Source: Candidatus Micrarchaeota archaeon
GTDB taxonomy: Archaea; Micrarchaeota; Micrarchaeia; Micrarchaeales; CABMGC01
Direction: 5' to 3'
NCBI GenBank assembly: GCA_028867115.1
Contig: JAGWGY010000002.1
Span: forward strand, 1-49,519
Length of the DNA stretch: 49,519 nucleotides
The stretch's first letter is position 1. Each line of letters begins with the position of its first letter. The notes beneath the pieces were generated by a model that saw nothing but the letters and a program-made list of their open reading frames with translations, had not been told where the DNA came from and did not search any database. The translations under genes and the position numbers were made by a program. Positions 44,808 through 49,519 of the stretch are shown in pieces.

Positions 44808-45589
44808 TGAACTATTCGATGAACATCAAAGGAGAGTTCGCAATGGCGCGTCGCGGCAGCATCAACGCCAGCTACAAGGACCTTGCGATGGTCTGCAACG
44901 CGATCCGCTACATGCGAGTCTCAAGGGCGATGCCAACGCTTGACCAGATAATCTCGATGCGCATGCCGGTATTCTATCCGAAGTACAACAAGCGCCTCGG
45001 AGCAAGGCACGAGCTGCACGGCAGGAAGGGAAAGTACCCTATGAAGGCGGCAAAGGAGGTTAAGCTCGCGATACAGAACGCGATCGCAAGCGCGTACAAC
45101 AAGGGGATGCTCGATCCTGAGGAGCTGTTCATAGTCCACGCATCTGCAAACAAGACGATGACGATGAAGAGGCACCCAAGCAAGGGCGCGCTCTTCTGGG
45201 GACGAGGCATGTACGGCAGGGGGACGATAGTTAGCAGCGACCTCGAGCTCGCAAAGGTCGAGATAGCGCTCGGATACGGAAACGAGGAGACCCTCTCAAA
45301 GAACATGAAATACTTCATAAAGAGAAAGGACACGAAGCCAAGGTTTGCTGCAAAGGCAACGGCAAAGCCTGCTGCGAAGAAGCCTGCCGCCAAGCTCGTT
45401 GACGCTACAAAGCCAGAGGAGCTCAAGAAGGCAGCTGCTGCGATAAAGGAGAAGGTCGAGGCAAAGAAGGAGGAGCAGCACGTGCACACGCACGAGGGGC
45501 ACGACCATGCGCACGACCACTCTGAGGAGCAGAAGGGCTCGGCAAAGGGTGCCGCAGGGCCGGAGAGCAGAAAGGAGGGCCACAAGTGA
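44807..45589 (+). CDS. rpl22: Ribosomal protein L22 (uL22) with a roughly 100-aa Lys/Ala/Pro- and His-rich C-terminal extension
   Basis: The core (about aa 1-158) is uL22-like and in the canonical operon position. The tail reads KPRFAAKATAKPAAKKPAAK...EEQHVHTHEGHDHAHDHSEEQ. The start is ATG 44807, which overlaps the rps19 TGA by 1 nt (a GTG at 44804 is also possible). Confidence 0.85.
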   Translation: MNYSMNIKGEFAMARRGSINASYKDLAMVCNAIRYMRVSRAMPTLDQIISMRMPVFYPKYNKRLGARHELHGRKGKYPMKAAKEVKLAIQNAIASAYNKGMLDPEELFIVHASANKTMTMKRHPSKGALFWGRGMYGRGTIVSSDLELAKVEIALGYGNEETLSKNMKYFIKRKDTKPRFAAKATAKPAAKKPAAKLVDATKPEELKKAAAAIKEKVEAKKEEQHVHTHEGHDHAHDHSEEQKGSAKGAAGPESRKEGHK

Positions 45590-45593
45590 TATT

Positions 45594-46220
45594 ATGGTAA
45601 TCGAGAGAAAATTCCTGGAAGACGCAATGGTGAAGGCAAGGGTATCAAGGTACCTCGAGAAGACGCTCACAAGGGCAGGTTTCTCAAGGGTCGAGATACA
45701 GAAGACGCCTCTGCTCACAAGAATCACTGTCTACGTAACCACCCCCGGCAAGGTAATCGGAAGGGGAGGGGAGACGATAAACGCGCTAACTGACACGCTC
45801 AAGACAAAGTTCCATGTGGACAACCCTCAGATAAGCGTAGCGGAGGTGCAGAACCCGAAGCTCGAGCCAAGGCTTGTAGCAAGGTATGTCGCAAACTCAC
45901 TCGAGAGGGGCGCGAACGCAAGGTCTCTTCTTCACTCTGTGGTCAGGGACATAATGACAAACGGGGCGCTCGGTGCCGAGGTCATCGCATCAGGCAAGCT
46001 CGCGGCAAAGGGAGCAAAGAAGAGGAAGATCAAGGTGAGGCTCGGCTACATGCCGATGTCAGGAGACACGGTGAAGCTTGTTGATTCTGCTGCGGTTGCA
46101 GCCTACCCTAAGTACGGCGCAATCGGGATAAAGGTACGAATCGTCCAGCCTGGGACGGTATTCCCTGACAGGAAGGTGAAGCAGGTCGAGCTGCCAAAGA
46201 GCATCGCGACTGCGCGCTGA
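45594..46220 (+). CDS. rps3: Ribosomal protein S3 (uS3)
   Basis: I trimmed the start to ATG 45594 because the track ORF from 45507 overlaps the rpl22 tail. 208 aa, with the KH-domain motif IGRGGETINALT. Confidence 0.9.
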   Translation: MVIERKFLEDAMVKARVSRYLEKTLTRAGFSRVEIQKTPLLTRITVYVTTPGKVIGRGGETINALTDTLKTKFHVDNPQISVAEVQNPKLEPRLVARYVANSLERGANARSLLHSVVRDIMTNGALGAEVIASGKLAAKGAKKRKIKVRLGYMPMSGDTVKLVDSAAVAAYPKYGAIGIKVRIVQPGTVFPDRKVKQVELPKSIATAR

Positions 46221-46257
46221 AGTCAGGTATTTATATCAGAAATGAGAAAATGATGTT

Positions 46258-46455
46258 ATGCACATAAAGGAACTGCGGGCAATGTCAAAAGAGGCGCTGG
46301 AAGCCAAGCTATCCGAGCTTGAGCTAGAGGTCAGCATAGAGCGCAGGAAGATCGCCTCTACAGGAGTTGCAAGCAAGAAGACCAAGGCCAGGGAGATGAA
46401 GAGGACAAAGGCGCAGATTCTAACCCTTCTTAACGAGCGAGGTGCCCGAAAGTAA
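46258..46455 (+). CDS. rpl29: Ribosomal protein L29 (uL29)
   Basis: 65 aa. IKELRAMSKEALEAKLSELELE is typical of uL29, and the operon position fits. Confidence 0.85.
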   Translation: MHIKELRAMSKEALEAKLSELELEVSIERRKIASTGVASKKTKAREMKRTKAQILTLLNERGARK

Positions 46456-46757
46456 TGGCTGAGATATGTCCCAAGTGCGGCCTGCCAAAGGAACTGTGCG
46501 TATGCGACGTCCTTGACAGGGAGACAACAAAGAAGATCAGAGTCTACAAGGAGAAGAAGAAGTTCCAGAAATATGCCACGATAGTCGAGGGTTTGCAGGG
46601 CGACGAGCTCGAAAGGACCGCAAAGGCGCTGAAGACAAGGCTTGCGTGCGGCGGAACCTACAAGAAGGGCGTAATAGAGCTTCAGGGGGACCACAAGGAC
46701 GCGGTGAAGAAGGAGCTGCTCGCGCTCGGATACCCAGAGAGCAGCATAGACGCCTGA
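46455..46757 (+). CDS. sui1: Translation initiation factor SUI1 (aIF1)
   Basis: 100 aa. N-terminal Zn-knuckle-like CPKCGLPKELCVC, then a SUI1 fold (KFQKYATIVEGL...LKTRLACGGTYK...IELQGDH). TAATG overlap with rpl29. Confidence 0.85.
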   Translation: MAEICPKCGLPKELCVCDVLDRETTKKIRVYKEKKKFQKYATIVEGLQGDELERTAKALKTRLACGGTYKKGVIELQGDHKDAVKKELLALGYPESSIDA

Positions 46758-46760
46758 ATC

Positions 46761-47213
46761 CTAAAAAATCAGCGAGTTTCCTACCTTATTTTTAATCTTG
46801 TCTACTTTGTCCTGAAGGTCTCTTAAGCCCTCTTTCATCTCATCTACATCTAGCCGCAAAAACAGCCCCTTGTAATCTCCTCCCCACAGTTTGGCGTTCT
46901 CCCAGATCTGCTCATTTCTATGTATCCTGTTTAGGCTAATGTTTACTCCAATCCTCCTAAGGAACTGCCCTGCAGCATTTGGCGAGGCGTTATAGAGCAC
47001 AAAGAGCTCCTGAATGTTCCCCTCTCCACAAATCTCATCGACGAACTTGCGTAGTCCCCCTTCCGTCCAGCTCTTGGACTCGTATTCAACGCGGTCAAGT
47101 AGCATCTTTTGGAACGCGCTCCTCTCATCACTCTCCCCTATGTTGTGGCATGCCTCGGAAACCCTGTCCTGCATCCTTCTTACAAACAAATTCTTTTCAG
47201 CAACATAAGCCAT
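46761..47213 (-). CDS. Hypothetical protein
   Basis: ATG at 47213 (the track begins at GTG 47222). About 150 aa. No family recognised. It is the second gene of a two-gene minus-strand unit. Confidence 0.45.
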   Translation of the reverse strand: MAYVAEKNLFVRRMQDRVSEACHNIGESDERSAFQKMLLDRVEYESKSWTEGGLRKFVDEICGEGNIQELFVLYNASPNAAGQFLRRIGVNISLNRIHRNEQIWENAKLWGGDYKGLFLRLDVDEMKEGLRDLQDKVDKIKNKVGNSLIF

Positions 47214-47221
47214 GAAAATCA

Positions 47222-47506
47222 CTAACTCCTTATAGCCTTTCGGACAGCCATCGCTACAAATCCCCGCGTGTCCCGAAGCTCACGGAGTATCTCCACTATG
47301 CGCCTGCTGTCGGTGTTGAAATCGGCTATAACGTCAACCTTTATTCCATCATAAACGCTCTCGGTCCTCTCCACCCTCCACGACCTGCTGCACTCCCTAA
47401 AGGATGCCGCCTTTTTCACAAGCCTGTTCTTCGCCATGAACCCCCCTTCCATGAGGACAGTGTATTTCTCAAGCTGCGCCTGCATCCTATCAAGCCAACT
47501 GCGCAT
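47222..47506 (-). CDS. Hypothetical protein
   Basis: 94-aa ORF. A TATA-like cgtataaaac lies 30-39 nt upstream. No family recognised. Confidence 0.45.
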   Translation of the reverse strand: MRSWLDRMQAQLEKYTVLMEGGFMAKNRLVKKAASFRECSRSWRVERTESVYDGIKVDVIADFNTDSRRIVEILRELRDTRGFVAMAVRKAIRS

Positions 47507-47532
47507 AGGCTGTTTATAGCCCTTGCCTATCT

Positions 47533-47566
47533 GTACGTATAAAACCTCCCCCTCATTTTATAAGGT
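47533..47566. promoter_or_regulatory. Divergent promoter region with two TATA-like boxes
   Basis: cgtataaaac (47536-47545) serves the minus ORF starting at 47506. ttttataa (47557-47563) lies 30-36 nt upstream of the plus ATG at 47593. Confidence 0.35.
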
Positions 47567-47592
47567 TATAATAGCATGCTCAACTGACCGCA

Positions 47593-48294
47593 ATGCCAGA
47601 CGAAGACATCGAAGATATGATGAAGCAGGCCAAGGGGGAGGATAGGGGCCCAAAGACCCCCGAGGAGAAGGTGCTCGGTGAGAGGATCGACACAGACGAA
47701 TCCGGCACCCCCATAACCCGCGAGGGCAAGAAGCCCAAGCCATCGAACAGGTTCATGGTGATGTCGATCATCGGTATAATAATAACACTTGGGATAGTCG
47801 CACTGTTCCTCTCCTTCCTCTTTCCCAAGGCGCCGCCTCCCATCACCGCCCCGCAGAGCGGCACAGGGTGCGTGGCATATCCCGGGTTCAAGTGCGCAAA
47901 CCTGACCATGTCAAACAACGGCAACGTATCATTCCTCTTCTCCCAGACTTCAGGGAGTTACTACTACAATGTCGCGCTCACCTGCGCAGCAAACATCACC
48001 GCAATGGCAGCGCCAAACGTATCGAAGCTGATGGTAGCGGTACTTCCAAGCGGCGCAGCTAGCGCAGAGCCACCATCGACTATAAGGCTCCCTGGGCTAT
48101 CGTTGTATCTGTCAAGCGCGCAGAACGCGCATGTCACCGGGCTCAAGTGCTTCAACCAGTACGCCCTGCCGCTGGAGGGGATAGCGCACAACTTCTCAGG
48201 CGCTATCTGGGTTAACTACACCTACAACAACGCCCCTATAGGCCAGAGCAACCCTATGTACACCGCAGAAGCGGGGGTCTTCAGGATCGACTGA
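47593..48294 (+). CDS. Membrane-anchored protein with an acidic cytoplasmic N-terminus, one TM helix and an extracellular Cys-containing, sequon-rich domain
   Basis: 233 aa. TM helix VMSIIGIIITLGIVALFLSFLF. The extracellular part has 4 Cys (C-x7-C-x29-C-x54-C) and several N-x-S/T sequons. It resembles the C-terminus of the 8495-10147 product. Confidence 0.55.
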   Translation: MPDEDIEDMMKQAKGEDRGPKTPEEKVLGERIDTDESGTPITREGKKPKPSNRFMVMSIIGIIITLGIVALFLSFLFPKAPPPITAPQSGTGCVAYPGFKCANLTMSNNGNVSFLFSQTSGSYYYNVALTCAANITAMAAPNVSKLMVAVLPSGAASAEPPSTIRLPGLSLYLSSAQNAHVTGLKCFNQYALPLEGIAHNFSGAIWVNYTYNNAPIGQSNPMYTAEAGVFRID

Positions 48295-48600
48295 GCCTGA
48301 AATTTAGAAAAAAGCAAGATTTTCATAGTATTTATTCTGGTTTTGTACGCTGTAATGCGAACACTTTCTCTGTCAACCTATAAAGTGGTGGCAATCCATA
48401 TTCTACCTCAAGCAGTGGTCTGATGGATACCTCAAAAGTATTCAACTCTCTGTCCTCAAGGCAGGGCGACCATTGCGCAACTTCAATGCAACCGGTGCGC
48501 GGCAATCCCTTTTATCCCTCCCTGTCGCTGCGCACCAGGGTTGCAATCCTTAGGCTTATACTTCTTCTGAAATGCGAACCTGTTCTTACAGGTGTGATAT

Positions 48601-48921
48601 ATGGTGGGGCAAGAAAATACGAACAAGAGAGTGGAGAGGAGGGCTAAACGCAACGGCTTTCTCCTCCTGCGGCCGGCAGTTCCTGCGAACGCCGACAAGG
48701 TGGCAAGGGCGATAGCGCTCTGCAGGGGCGTGCGCGACGTCTTCGTCTCTAGCGGCGAGTACGCATTCGTCGTTGAGACTGACCAGCAGGAGCAGACGCA
48801 GAGCCTTGTCAGGAGGGCCGTGGGGCAGGTGCGCATCTGTGCAACAACGAACCATTACCTATACCGCAGGTCAAGGCAGCAGAGGGCGGGATTTGGTATA
48901 AAAGGGTTGCCTAGCAAGTAG
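48601..48921 (+). CDS. Stand-alone Lrp/AsnC ligand-binding (RAM)-like domain protein
   Basis: 106 aa. GFLLLRPAVPANADKVARAIALCRGVRDVFVSSGEYAFVVETD follows the beta-alpha-beta-beta pattern of RAM domains. I prefer it to the overlapping minus-strand ORFs. Confidence 0.45.
   Translation: MVGQENTNKRVERRAKRNGFLLLRPAVPANADKVARAIALCRGVRDVFVSSGEYAFVVETDQQEQTQSLVRRAVGQVRICATTNHYLYRRSRQQRAGFGIKGLPSK
48895..48905 (+). promoter_or_regulatory. TATA-like box for the 48932 ORF
   Basis: ggtataaaagg lies 27-37 nt upstream of ATG 48932. Confidence 0.35.
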
Positions 48922-48931
48922 TGTTGGTAGC

Positions 48932-49519
48932 ATGAGTGCGACGCCACAAGACGAAAAGAACGAGCTGGCGGAGAGGACAATCCTAAAGGACCTCAGCGTC
49001 AACGGAAGAAAGAGCATAGGCGCTATAGCGCGCAAGCTCAAGATGCCCAAGGCGACAGTCTACCAGATCTACAACAAGACCGTGGAGAAATACGGCCTGA
49101 AATTTGTTCCTGAACTCGCTTTTGAAGAAGCCTGGAGAGTTGAGTTATTGCAGGCATTTAAAAGAAAAGGCACAAAAAGAGAATTGCGTGAAGAAGTACT
49201 AGGCAAAGTTCCAGAGATAGGCTTCCAAGAATATCTAATATTTGTAAAATTTAACGGTAAAGAGCCTCACGATGAAGAACTTAAAGCAGCATTAGGCGAT
49301 TCCCATTTGCCTCAATACGTAGGGAAAGTACAAGGAGGGAATTACAATATTTTAATGTATGCTGTAACTAGAACATATTTAGAGCTGGAAGGATTCATTG
49401 CAACATTTGGTAAAAAATTAAAGAAATACCCTTTAACTATCAGTGCAACTAAGATATTTGTTAGTTTTGGTTATTTCCCTCTAAGAAATGATATTATAGA
49501 AAAGATTAACGTCCCTTCA
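48932..49519 (+). CDS. HTH (Lrp/AsnC-like) transcription regulator, 3' end beyond the window
   Basis: Absent from the ORF track because it has no stop in the window. My translation is MSATPQDEKNELAERTILKDLSVNGRKSIGAIARKLKMPKATVYQIYNKTVEKYGLKF..., followed by a RAM-like segment (YLIFVKFNGKEP...GGNYNILMYAVTRTYLELEGFI). The frame is open for 196 codons to the end of the window. Confidence 0.55.
   Translation, partial: MSATPQDEKNELAERTILKDLSVNGRKSIGAIARKLKMPKATVYQIYNKTVEKYGLKFVPELAFEEAWRVELLQAFKRKGTKRELREEVLGKVPEIGFQEYLIFVKFNGKEPHDEELKAALGDSHLPQYVGKVQGGNYNILMYAVTRTYLELEGFIATFGKKLKKYPLTISATKIFVSFGYFPLRNDIIEKINVPS

Noticed and set aside
48295-48600. Possible SRP RNA, RNase P RNA or intron-containing tRNA in the long intergenic gap
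   Set aside because: I found no GGAA/AGCA helix-8 signature of SRP RNA. There is no GAGGAAAGUCC-type CR-I element of RNase P RNA. There is no T-loop (GTTCRANYC) or acceptor-stem pairing on either strand. I reported it only as a repeat-containing regulatory or unknown region.
1-49519. Window-wide search by eye for CRISPR arrays, IS elements or transposases, integrases, reverse transcriptases, restriction-modification or other known defence genes
   Set aside because: None were recognised. There are no regularly spaced direct repeats. There are no DDE, tyrosine or serine recombinase motifs, and no RT motifs. The only repeats seen are the short intergenic ones reported above.

Overview
This is an archaeal chromosomal segment that is very gene-dense: about 70 CDS and 4 tRNA genes. 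Many genes have 1-4 nt stop/start overlaps. TATA-like boxes sit 25-35 nt upstream of many ATGs, which suggests leaderless mRNAs. Most of the content is information-processing housekeeping. It includes a uL3-uL4-uL23-uL2-uS19-uL22-uS3-uL29-SUI1 block, eL15, an L44e-aIF2alpha-PAC2 block, RadA, DNA gyrase GyrB/GyrA, primase PriS, a GINS-like protein, TFE, an Lhr-type helicase, Mre11, Taw1, tRNA-splicing endonuclease, Pth2 and diphthine synthase. Small-metabolism genes are also present: ADP-forming acetyl-CoA synthetase beta/alpha, IlvE, Tmk, Dcd, acylphosphatase and a lone B12-binding domain. The long single-chain EndA, the tight packing and the many lineage-specific ORFans suggest a DPANN (Micrarchaeota/ARMAN-like) archaeon, but that is inference only. 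I saw no rRNA, CRISPR array, transposase/integrase, reverse transcriptase or recognisable defence genes. I cannot point to a clearly novel multi-gene system. The items most worth a second look are: (1) an abrupt drop from about 54% to about 35% GC inside an intact regulator ORF at the right edge (about 49.1 kb). (2) The accessory-looking right end (46.7-49.5 kb), which replaces the usual continuation of the ribosomal protein cluster. (3) Lys/Ala-rich and His-rich extensions on TFE and uL22. (4) An Mre11-DHH phosphoesterase operon without Rad50/HerA/NurA. (5) A shared four-cysteine extracellular module in two membrane-anchored glycoprotein candidates. (6) A few small structured or repeated intergenic elements.
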